A stretch of 64,000 nt of DNA from Macrostomum lignano (taxonomy: Eukaryota): positions 488,468-552,467 of the forward strand of contig NIVC01000244.1 of assembly GCA_002269645.1 (NCBI GenBank). Reading direction: 5' to 3'. The translations under genes were made by a program, and so were the position numbers. Shown one piece after another: positions 34,531 through 45,700 of the stretch. Under the pieces are notes generated by a model. That model did no database searches. It saw only the letters and a list, made by a program, of their open reading frames with translations, and had not been told where the DNA came from. Position 1 is the first letter of the stretch; every line of letters begins with the position of its first letter.

Positions 34531-35759
34531 GCCTGATATGGACTCCTGTTTGTTATGCCAGTTATTTTAATAATTTGTTTATATTAAAAGATCTCTCTCT
34601 CCTCGAACAGTTGTTAAGCTCACCTGCTTAAAGAGTTCGGGGCTAACTGTCTCGCTGCTGACTTTTGTTTATATTATCCACTCGTTCTTGCGTCTCAGGC
34701 TGGCTATTTATGGAGATCAGGGAACGGGGGGGGGGTACGAAGTCTCGCCGCTCTCTCCTCTCTCAGCCCTCCAAACTCTTACGCCGACATTGGTAAATAG
34801 CATAAAAATTCGATTCGTTACATCGAGTTTCGCTGGAAACTTAGCTTTGCAGGCATTAGTGAGAAAGAAATAGCTGTGAAAGCGAGACAGCGAAAAAATT
34901 AGCGCGTGTTAAAAACTAACCCTGGCACTAATTGCTGTTATTTGGAATTGGTCATGCGCAGCGCAGGTGTCAGATTTCCTCACCATTTCTTGCTTGTTCA
35001 CTTCGGTGGAGCAGCGCCAGGCATAAGCCTTGTCGAGTCGAGTCCTGTGCCTGACGAGAGAAGCAGGACCTTGTGGTTTGTGTGAGGGCATCTCGGTACA
35101 TGATCGAGAATTGTATCAGGTATTTCATTAAGCCCTAATTGCATGTTGACTTCTAAGTAGTTTTTTATTTTATTACCTGTTGACCGCGGACAGAACTTAA
35201 TACGCGCAATAAATTGCTTCTGGCTTCGTGTGGTTTTATTTGTATTTCATTCTTCATACCTGTTGTAGTTGAGTTAGACGCGCAATTTAGTTTGGGTCCA
35301 ATTTGTTTGCTGCTCCATTTGCTAAGAATTTCTAGGTTGAGGAAACTTTGAGCTTGGTTTCGGCTACATGCAAGTTAATGGCTTTTCTTTTTAGATTAAT
35401 TAGCCAGTTCCTTGCCTCAGAGCAAAAATTTACAAAGTTCCGTGTTTCATATTTTGCAGTGTTAGTAAAAATCTGAAGCTGAGACACTTTTTGTTTCGAT
35501 ACGTTTGTTTCACGCAGGGTTTTTACAGTCAGAATTTCAAGTCAAATTCAGTCTATAGACAATGCTGGACTAGATTAGAACTAGACTAGGATAGGATAGA
35601 CTAGACTAGGCTAGGCTAGACTAGACTAGATTAAAAACTAGTGAATGAAGACGCTGTCGTCTTCAAAGGTGGGACGATGGTTAAATTGTGTTTTTATCTT
35701 TTATGGCTATGACCTATGTGTTTCACCCGAATTGAGAGCTAAAAAGCCCCCCCCCCCAC

Positions 35760-36265
35760 ACCCCTGGCATTAGTTAGTCTAGTGGTCTAGTAGGGGGCTG
35801 GCCGCCCCGCCACGCCCCTGGCATTAGTTAGTCTAGTGGTCTAGTGGGGGGCTGGCCGCCCCGCCACGCCCCTGGCATTAGTTAGTCTAGTGGTATAGTG
35901 GGGGGCTTGCCGCCCCGCCACGCCCCTGGCTTTAGTTAGTCTACTGGTATAGTGGGGGGCTGGCCGCCCCGCCACGCCCCTGGCATTAGTTAGTCTAGTG
36001 GTATAGTGGGGGGGGCTTGCCGCCCCGCCACGCCCCTGGCATTAGTTAGTCTAGTGGTATAGTGGGGGGCTGGCCGCCCCGCCACGCCCCTGGCATTAGT
36101 TAGTCTAGTGGTATAGTGGGGGGCTGGCCGCCCCGCCACGCCCCTGGCATTAGTTAGTCTACTGGTATAGTGGGGGGCTGGCCGCCCCGCCACGCCCCTG
36201 GCATTAGTTAGTCTACTGGTATAGTGGGGGGCTGGCCGCCCCCCTTGCCCCTGGCATTAGTTAGT
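35760..36265. repeat. 54-bp minisatellite, about 9 copies
   Basis: GGCATTAGTTAGTCTAGTGGTATAGTGGGGGGCTGGCCGCCCCGCCACGCCCCT in tandem. Confidence 0.95.
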
Positions 36266-36267
36266 CT

Positions 36268-36572
36268 GCGGGAAAACCTCGGTGGGAAAAACTTGCGGGA
36301 AAACTCGCCGCGGGAAAATCTCACTGCGGGAAAACTCGCCGCGGGAAAATCTCACTGCGGGAAAACTCGCCGCGGGAAAATCTCACTGCGGGAAAACTCG
36401 CCGCGGGAAAATCTCACTGCGGGAAAATCTCACTGCGGGAAAATCTCACTGCGGGAAAAACTCGCCGCGGGAAAATCTCACTGCGGGAAAATCTCACTGC
36501 GGGAAAAACTCACCGCGGGAAAAGCTCGCGCAAACAAACCTCGGCGGGAAAACTTCCTGCGGGAAATTCTCA
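36268..36572. repeat. Composite 16-17 bp array (GCGGGAAAATCTCACT / GCGGGAAAAACTCGCC)
   Basis: Alternating related monomers. Confidence 0.9.
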
Positions 36573-36801
36573 TAGGCCCCTAATTAGTTAGTAAGATACC
36601 GGAAACCTGGAAAGATCTGTACCGCCATATATTTTGATGAGTCTGTTCCACTCAGAACTAAACTTACCAGATTAAAGTAGAAAATCATATACCTTTTTCT
36701 GTAATTTATCAGCCCGGCTGTCTATTCTCTAATCGGCAGCCTCATTATCAACAAAGAATAAACCCGTGGCCGCTCGCTTCACCTGTCAGCCAGTAGCAGA
36801 G

Positions 36802-37317
36802 ATGCGCCGGAAGCGCCGGCGCAACGAGCCGCCACAGCTGGTGTTTTTAAACAGCCCGTACACCAAGCGGGCGCCGCCTAGCCCAGTGCTGGCCACCGAC
36901 CGTCAGCCGGCGGTAGGCAGATGCCAGCAGCCGGATAGTCGCTGGATTCAGCACGACTTTGCCCTCACTGACGGCGGTCAACCGGCGTCGTTTGTTAATG
37001 GTGGCGGATTGTCGTTTTCGCGTCGGCGTCGTAAACAACAACAGCAGCAGCAGCCACAGCCGCAGTTGCAGTTGCACCGTTCAGCGTCAACTTCATCGTC
37101 GTCGATGAAGGCAGCGCCGGGTCCGACTGTCGCCGCTGACGACGCTCTGTCCGCTGACTCCGGAGCTGGCAGCGGTGGCAAAGTGTTTTGTCTTCTACCG
37201 CCGCGCTCGCCGCCGTCGTACAAGCCCGGCTTGCTGCTCGTGCCAGCGTCGCCGTCGCCGTCTCCGCCTTCATCGCCGTCGCCGCGAGAAGAAAAGCCGG
37301 AGCAGAGCAAGAGCTAG
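36802..37317 (+). CDS. Putative single-exon low-complexity basic/Q/S/P-rich protein
   Basis: ATG at 36802 (MRRKRRRNEPP) follows an acceptor-like CCTGTCAG in a GC-rich island. No domain recognised and the coding strand is not certain. Confidence 0.35.
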   Translation: MRRKRRRNEPPQLVFLNSPYTKRAPPSPVLATDRQPAVGRCQQPDSRWIQHDFALTDGGQPASFVNGGGLSFSRRRRKQQQQQQPQPQLQLHRSASTSSSSMKAAPGPTVAADDALSADSGAGSGGKVFCLLPPRSPPSYKPGLLLVPASPSPSPPSSPSPREEKPEQSKS

Positions 37318-37780
37318 TCAACTGCTTTTTTTGTGTCTTAGTTGGAAACGATAAAAATTAAGGCTCCGGTTTCATCCGAATGCAATAGATAGACATCCCA
37401 TTCAGTTCCTTCCGTTGGGTTTTCTAGAGATTAACAGGGTGAAGCTGGACTTTATATCACTTGAAGAATTTTCCAGTTTAGTATTTATTACAGTCTAAAG
37501 ACACTATTGTTGGTCCGAAAATCCCAGCTGGTGTTCTGCTTTAAACTGTTTCCATGAAAGTGATTACCGGTAGTTGTACTATGCTTTTGGGTGTGTCTAG
37601 ACCACAGTATCTGGAATAACTAAATATGCCACTCGCAATTGTTGTGAAAAGGCAGAAGGTCTACACGACTACACTTTATTTAGTAGTTTGTCTGCGCAGT
37701 GCCACTTAGATTTAATGTGGCATCTAAAATTTTATTTCTTTTCCTCGGGGGTTTTGCGGCAAGTGAACGCAAAACGGACG

Positions 37781-38030
37781 AAACCCCGCCTAGGGGGCAG
37801 GCCCAATCTAGCTCAGCCAATCAGAGAGCAGTAAGGAGAGAGGTTAAAGTCAGACGGGTGAAACTCAGCCTAGGGGGCAGGCCAAATCTAGCTCAGCCAA
37901 TGAGAGAGCAGTAAAGAGAGAGGTTAAAGTCAGACGGGTGAAACTCAGCCTAGGGGGCAGGCCAAATCTAGCTCAGCCAATGAGAGAGCAGTAAAGAGTG
38001 AGGTTAAAGTCAGACGGACGAAACTCAACC
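37781..38030. repeat. 80-bp tandem repeat, 3 copies
   Basis: AAACTCAGCCTAGGGGGCAGG starts at 37861 and 37941. Confidence 0.9.
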
Positions 38031-39319
38031 TCGGGGGGGGGGCTTCTGTTTATTTAACTTACTACTGAAATGAAAGTAGCTTACACGCAAATTTTCTGAT
38101 TTACCATCTAGTTTTTCTAGTATCTGTGGTTTGACCTGGAGTTTAAATTCGGTCTCCATTCCCTTTTGGTTGTCTTTCTTAACTATACAGAGACCAAGTG
38201 TGCTAGCAACGACGAATAAATTCGCAGATTGAAAACATGTTCTTAGCTATATGAATACATCAATATTGGTACAGTATACCTTACACTGTATTTTAAATGT
38301 GAAACTATAGATATCCCGCAAGGTACTTGTTGCTTGATTGAAAAAATTATATTATTGTGTAACTTTAATCTATCTCTGTATTGTATTAATTTGCTCCATG
38401 ATTTTATTATTTTCTCTTTGATCCATTTTTTTATTATCTCTTTCAGTCAGTGGTGTTTTTTATTCATCGGAAATAGTTCATTATTTTTGTATGTTTGAAC
38501 GCTTGAGAAAAAGCTGAATACGTTTTTTTCTATTTATTAAGTCATTTGTGTCTAAATGATTCTTTTTCAAGTGCAAGGAGTTCCTACAAAGTACTTTACG
38601 GTTTGGTAACTAGGGAACAAAAACTAGAGGATCTCAGCTTACTGTAGTAGTTTGCGGTAACCAGTGAACAAAGACTAGATGAGATCTGAACTAATCTATC
38701 TAATCAAATTTAGACAAAATATTTATTTGAGGTGTCTTGGTGTTGTCGGCCCCTCATATGTTTTCGGGCGCTAAAAATACACTTGTCGCCATTCGCCATA
38801 GCTCTCGTTGACTTTGTTTTTGTTCCTGTTGAATTTTCTTACGTATTGGTTGTTGCGTTCGGCTTCATTTCATGTTTTATTGACAACAATGAAGGGACAG
38901 AACTGTATTTTGAAGCAAATCACAAGTTTTTCTCATTGAGTTAGTTCTGCGCGCATGGACGTGCAATCCCGAAACAGATGATGCAAGCTCTCGAGTGGAA
39001 TCCTTAGATGAAGTTGGTGGATTAATGTTGTCTTATTTGTTCGTGTCCTTAATTGTTACGAACAATAATAATATGTGTTTCTTTCAATTGAGTCACTGCA
39101 CATAAGTTAATGCGGAATATTGTCCCTGTTAAATTTCAGTAAGCTTATGAATTCACAACTATAATTGAATGATGACGGTGTCCGAGCCTGCATATAAATC
39201 ATTGTTTGGTAAGTACTTTTATTTAGTATGTTTATACAGTTACAGATAATATTCTTGTGCTTTTTGGTTGCTGAGTAGACACTAAATGAAATGTAGGGGT
39301 AGCATACAGAAAGATTAGG

Positions 39320-39645
39320 GAAGATAGAGGTAAGCATGACAGTGCAGAGTAGATAGTAGAGGTAGCGTGAAAAGTAGACTAGAATGTAGATGTCTACCGT
39401 ACCGTACGTAGGAGGTAGAATGGGGAGTGTAGAATAGACAGTGTAGAGTAGACAGTAGAGGTAGAATAGACAGTGTAGAGTAGACAGTAGAGGTAGCATG
39501 AAGAGTGTAGAGTAGACAGTAGAGGTAGAATAGGTAGTGTAAAGTAGACAATAGAGGTAGAATAGGCAGTGTAGAGTAGACAGTACAGGTAGAATAGGCA
39601 GTGTAGAGTAGACAGTAGAGGTAGAATAGGTAGTGTGGAGTAGAC
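39320..39645. repeat. Degenerate ~30-35 bp purine-rich array (GTAGAGTAGACAGTAGAGGTAGAATAGGCAGT)
   Basis: Tandem units visible. Confidence 0.85.
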
Positions 39646-39736
39646 AGCAGGGATGGACTGGGACAAATCGTATCGAAGAAATGGGGGAAAGCAGCAAATC
39701 AGCTTTTAAAAGAAGCCTGGGTTTTCCCACCTGCAG

Positions 39737-42700
39737 ATCACGTGCGCCAGTCGGAGCTGCTGCAGCGGCAGTCCAGCTTCGCCGATTCGGACGTGGCCAG
39801 CCTGGCCCAGTTCATCTCCGGCCGGGTTGCCCGAGTCTGCCAGGGTGTGGGCGAATTTTTCGCCTGCCTGGAGGTGCGCATGCTGGCCGAGTCGGACTCG
39901 CCGGAGTGCGGCGCCGAGGCGGCCAGCTTCCTACGCGACGCTCTTGACCTCACTGGCAGCCTGCAGAAGCTGTACAGTTTGATCAGCCCGCCAGCGCTGA
40001 GCCGCCTTCCTGACAGCCTGCTAGTGGGGTTGGAGAGAGCGTTTCGCCTGTTTGTCGCCTCCTACCTGCACTGTCAGGTGCGTTGCAAAGGCCGGAATAT
40101 CCCATTCGGAATTCTGCACGTCCCATTTAGAATCTTGTAGATCCCATTCGGAATTCTGCAGGTCCCATTTAGAATTTTGTAGATCCCATTCGGAATCTTG
40201 CAGATCCCATCCGGAATCTTATAGATCCCATTCGGAATCTTGTTGGTCCCATTCGGAATCTTGCAGGTCCCATTCGGAATCTTGCAGGTCCCATTCGGAA
40301 TCTTGCAGGTCCCATTCGGAATCTTGCAGGTCCCATTCGGAATCTTGCAGGTCCCATTCGGAATCTTGCAGGTCCCATTCGGAATCTTGCAGGTCCCATT
40401 CGGAATCTTGCAGGTCCCATTCGGAATCTTGCAGGTCCCATTCGGAATCTTGTAGGTCCCATTCGGAATCTTGTAGGTCCCATTCGGAATCTTGTAGGTC
40501 CCATTCGGAATCTTGCAGGTCCCATTCGGAATCTTGTAGGTCCCATTCGGAATCTTGCAGGTCCCATTTAGAATCTTCCAAATTCCATTTGGAATGTTAA
40601 GTTTCGTTGGTTATTCCATCACGTTCTGACAATGAATACACATTAGAATACCCCGAAATTACAGAGAAGTACGAAGATCTACGGCTCCCAAATGCAGCAG
40701 GTGTCCGCAATACTCGGCTCCCTTTTCAAGGCCACTTATACGGCACTCACGGTAAGTTATTAGTTTTGTCTTCCACCTGTCATCTGGCACCTCATCGTAG
40801 CTAATTCTATATCTAGAAAACTACGCCAAGTTCTACTTTGTATTGCAGGCCTGTATTCAGTGCCTAGACAGCATTGATTCGCAGCAGATGCGTGACTACT
40901 TTTCAGCAGATGACCTTTCTGCCGGTGCGTAGCCTGGGGAGGTCTCATGTTCTTCGGTTTCCTATTACCGCTTAACCTTACATAAATTATTTAAGTCAAC
41001 TTTCACTTTAATCTACTTGCAGTGACCTACGCCCTGACAGCTCTGGCTTCTTCTGTCTTCGAGTTGGAACCGCGTATTACTGTGACTGCTTGGAAGTCGC
41101 TTATTCGGTGAGAAAAACACTGACAATGTAGCTATGACCATCCATGAGTCATTTAGCTATGACCATCAATGAGTCATTTAGCTATGACCATCCATGAGTC
41201 ATTTAGCTATGACCATCCATGAGTCATTTAGCTATGACCATCCATGAGTCATTTAGCTATGACCATCCATGAGTCATTTAGCTATGACCATCCATGAGTC
41301 ATTTAGCTATGACCATCAATGAGTCATTTAGCTATGACCATCCATGAGTCATTTAGCTATGACCATCCATGAGTCATGTAGCTATGATCACCCATGAGTC
41401 ATTTAGCTATGAACATCCATGAGTCATGTAGCTATGACAATCAATGAGTCATGGAGCTATGATCACCCATGAGTCATGTAGCTATAACCATTCATGAGTC
41501 ATGTAGCTATGACAATCAATGAGTCATGGAGCTATGATCACCCATGAGTCATGTAGCTATAACCATTCATGAGTCATGTAGCTATGAACATCCATGAGTA
41601 ATGTAGCTATGAACATCCATGAGTCATGTAGCTATGACAATCAATGAGTCATGTAGCTATGATCACCCATGAGTCATGTAGCTATGATCACCCATGAGTC
41701 ATGTAGCTATAACCATTCATGAGTCATGTAGCTATGACCATCCATGAGTCATTTAGCTATGACCATCCATGAGTCATTTAGCTATGACCATCCATGAGTC
41801 ATATAGCTATGACCATCCATGAGTCATGTAGCTATGACCATCAATGAGGCATGTAGCTAAAACCATCCATAAAGCGATATTTATCCACCTTAAAATGTTG
41901 ATAGCTTGATCCCAAATGCTAATTGCCCAGGTGTAAATGCCTAGCTGTATTTAACAAAAGAAACTTGTTTCTTTCGCAGCACACTTTCAGAATCGCACAT
42001 CTGCCTGTTGCACGACTCCGTTAACATTGACGACATCGTTGCTAAACTATTGTCAATCACTAGGCAAATGATGGGACAGATTATTCAGGTAATTTCTCAT
42101 TAAGTTTGCCTTGTATTGAAAATTTTAATAGTTGTAAAAATTAGGATGACCTAATTGAATTCTGTCTGTTACAAACTGTAGACCGGGGGCAGCCCTCAGG
42201 ACGCCAAGATATTCGGCTTCTTTGTGAAATGCCTGGTAACTCTGCTAACCGAATACCACAGCCAGCTATCCGCCTGTCTGTCACAGCTATTTTACACGCT
42301 AGCTATGCTTCGAGTTCTGTTCCGCCGCTTAGCCGATCGGTCTACTAGCGACGAGGCTGTTAATCCCGAGCTGCTGTCCGCTAAGCTGCGCAGTTCGCCT
42401 CTAGTTGGTGTCGAACGGTTGCTAGGCAGCGCCGCGTTTGCTCAGGCGGTTATCGCAGCTGGCCTGCCGGAACTGCAGCGGCTGGCCTTTCAGGCTGGCC
42501 AAGCTGACGACTGGCCTGCCGATGCCCTGTGCCTGGCGCTGATTGAGCTCAAGTGCTATGTACTCGCGCTGCTGCCTAAACGGCCGGGTGAGCTGTTTTG
42601 GTATATCTGCAGTTGCCGACTCAGTCTCAGGGAGTAGAGTCCCAGTCTCATTAGTGTAAAGAGTCCCAGTCTCATTAGTGTAAATAGTCCCAGTCTCATT

Positions 42701-45700
42701 AGTGCAAATAGTCCCAGGCTCGTTAACAGAGTTCAAATGGCAATCAAGTGATAACTTTACCTTTATACTACTCAGAATTGGACGACAGCCGCCTCTGGTT
42801 GGACAAAAGCGACCTACTTGTAGAATCGAACCTTTACGACTCGTTAATCAGGACTCTTGAGCAAGGTAATTAGGGTACTAATATATTCAGATGTTTGTGA
42901 CGTCGGTTTATGAAAACTAAACTGCCACCCTATCGACAATGATTGCAGCGCCGAAGCTTTCTCTACTTGACTGCGCCTTAGACATTGGCCATGCTCATTC
43001 AGGCCTAGATTATTACCATTGCACCGTGCTGGCCGTCATTACCAGCGCCTGTCACCTGCCTAATAGTCTAGTGTCCTACCTGGTAAGAATATAGTCCGGC
43101 CTATTGCGTGAAAGTAATCAGAATACTAATTATAGGTCTTTTTTATTGCAGGAGAAGGTCGTGATTAAGATCTTATTCAATCCAGATTCGTCCGCTGTGC
43201 TGTACCTAATTGCTTCTGATGTGCTCTGCTTTCTGCTCAGGTAGGTTTTAACATAAATCTGAAAACGGTAAAAAATAGGTTAATGGCGCGGCACATCTGA
43301 AAGCTGCGTACGGCTGTTCAGTCCTGAGGGGGGGGTCGCCATATGCCCTCAATTACCTCGGCTATTGCTGGTAACTCATTTTACAGCTGGGTGAACTGAA
43401 GCAATGCAAAGTTAAGTGTCTTGCTTAAGGTACACAAAATTGTTTCGAGTATGATTGACAGTTCATATCTCCGACAAATCAGTTTAGCAGTCTGACCCTA
43501 GCCCTAACCTTAAGCTTGTCGAAGATATGAAGTTCAGACATAAAGTGTCGGACGTATGAAGCGTCGGAGATATAGTGTCGGATGTATGAAGCGTCGGAGA
43601 TATTAAGTGTCGGAGATGTAGTGTCGGAGGTATGAAGCGTCGGAGATATAGTGTCGGATGTATGAAGCGTCGGAGATATTAAGTGTCGGAGATGTAGTGT
43701 CGGAGGTATGAAGCGTCGGAGATATTAAGTGTCGGAGATGTAGTGTCGGATGTATGAAGCGTCGGAGATATTAAGTGTCGGAGATGTAGTGTCGGATGTA
43801 TGAAGCGTCGGAGATATTAAGTGTCGGAGATGTAGTGTCGGAGGTATGAAGCGTCGGAGATATTAAGTGTCGGAGATGTAGTGTCGGAGGTATGAAGCGT
43901 CGGGGATATATAAAGTGTCGAAGATAAAGTGTCGGAGGTATGAAGCGTCGGAGATATGAAGTGTCGGAGATGTAGTGTCGGAGGTATGAAGCGTCGGGGA
44001 TATATAAAGTGTCGAAGATATAGTGTCGGAGGTATGAAGCGTCGGAGATATTAAGTGTCGGAGATGTAGTGTCGGAGGTATGAAGCGTCGGAGATATTAA
44101 GTGTCGGAGATGTAGTGTCGGAGGTATGAAGCGTCGGAGATATTAAGTGTCGGAGATGTAGTGTCGGAGGTATGAAGCGTCGGAGATATTAAGTGTCGGA
44201 GATGTAGTGTCGGAGGTATGAAGCGTCGGAGATATTAAGTGTCGGAGATGTAGTGTCGGAGGTATGAAGCGTCGGGGATATATTAAGTGTCGAAGATAAA
44301 GTGTCGGAGGTATGAAGCGTTGGAGATATGAAGTGTCGGAGATGTAGTGTCGGAGGTGTGAAGCGTCGGGGATATATAAAGTGTCGAAGATATAGTGTCG
44401 GAGGTATGAAGCGTCGGGGATATATAAAGTGTCGAAGATATAGTGTCGGAGGTATGAAGCGTCGGGGATATATAAAGTGTCGAAGATAAAAAGTGTCTGA
44501 GATATGAAGTGTCACGGATGCAGTGTCGGAATCGTGAAAGAAGCTGCTTTTTGGAGATGAAATATGACATTTCAGAGGTGCCCCCTCAGGCAGTGTAAAG
44601 GATATATTGCCTGAGGGTAGATATGCTTGTGTTTGTTTTATAAAGCACAGCTACAAATGTTGAAAACACAGTAAATATCAGTTAAATCGCCCCCCAAAAA
44701 ACTACCTTAATTAGATACTCGTCTGCCTCATTCTGCGCACAATGGGTCGGCCTTTTGGCCAATAGCCTGGCTAGCCTCGACTACAGGCGCTGCGCCACCG
44801 AGCAGCGCTACCAACTGGCCGGCCGACTGTTTGCTCGGATTGTTAAATTCGCTAGCGATGTCGATGTTGTAAGCCGATATTGTTGCAAAATATTTTTTGA
44901 CTAGCATTTATACTCTTTTAGTCAGAGTTCGTCTACTGATAAGTAGAAAGTATAGAGTGTGTCGCGAAAAAGCTTACATAGCGTGCAGAACATGCTGCTG
45001 AGTGTAAGTAGTAAATTGTGTTCAGCCTACTTTGATTTCAGTAGTAGCGAAGAATACAGACGCTATTTTATGAAAAGAAAGGCAGTTGAAATGACTTGAT
45101 AAGTTTAGAATAAGCCAAGCTACAAGGTTCATCCATAATGTACATTAGCCAGTGCCACTGAAATGTACATGGCAGCAGCTTTAAGCTTGGCACACAAAGG
45201 AAGGCAATAAAAATTGGGCGGTGAGGCAAGGCAGAGATGTGGGGGGTTAGAACCTGTAAACTAGTCTTGTCTTGAAATACATTAAAATGCTTCTGTTTTT
45301 ACTTACTACTGAGCTGAATAGTAGCTTACATGCAAATGTGCTGAGTGGACCGTCTATAGTTATTCTAGTATCTGTAGTTTGGCCTAGCAATTAATTATTT
45401 AAGTAACGAATTAACTGCTCTCTCTGCCCTCAGCTCTCCATAGTTGAGCAGTACCCGTTCGCCGAGCGGCATTACTGCCTCTATCTGTGGCTCAACTTCA
45501 ACAACTTGTCGCCCTCAGCTGTGCAGCAGCCGCAGATTCAATCGATTTTAGCCAGCATTGTTGACAATTTAGTTGGCGCCGGATTGGAAAACTACTCAGC
45601 TGGAGCCGTTATCGGGTCTGCAGAGTGCGTCAGGCTGGTAAGAGATGGAGAATACTTGCACACATCTGGCTCTGCATCGGCTTAATACGAATTAAAATGT

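Noticed and set aside
40052-40600. Cys/His-rich RSHSESC repeat protein
   Set aside because: The 21-bp satellite lies inside a FIRRM intron whose flanking exons join in phase.
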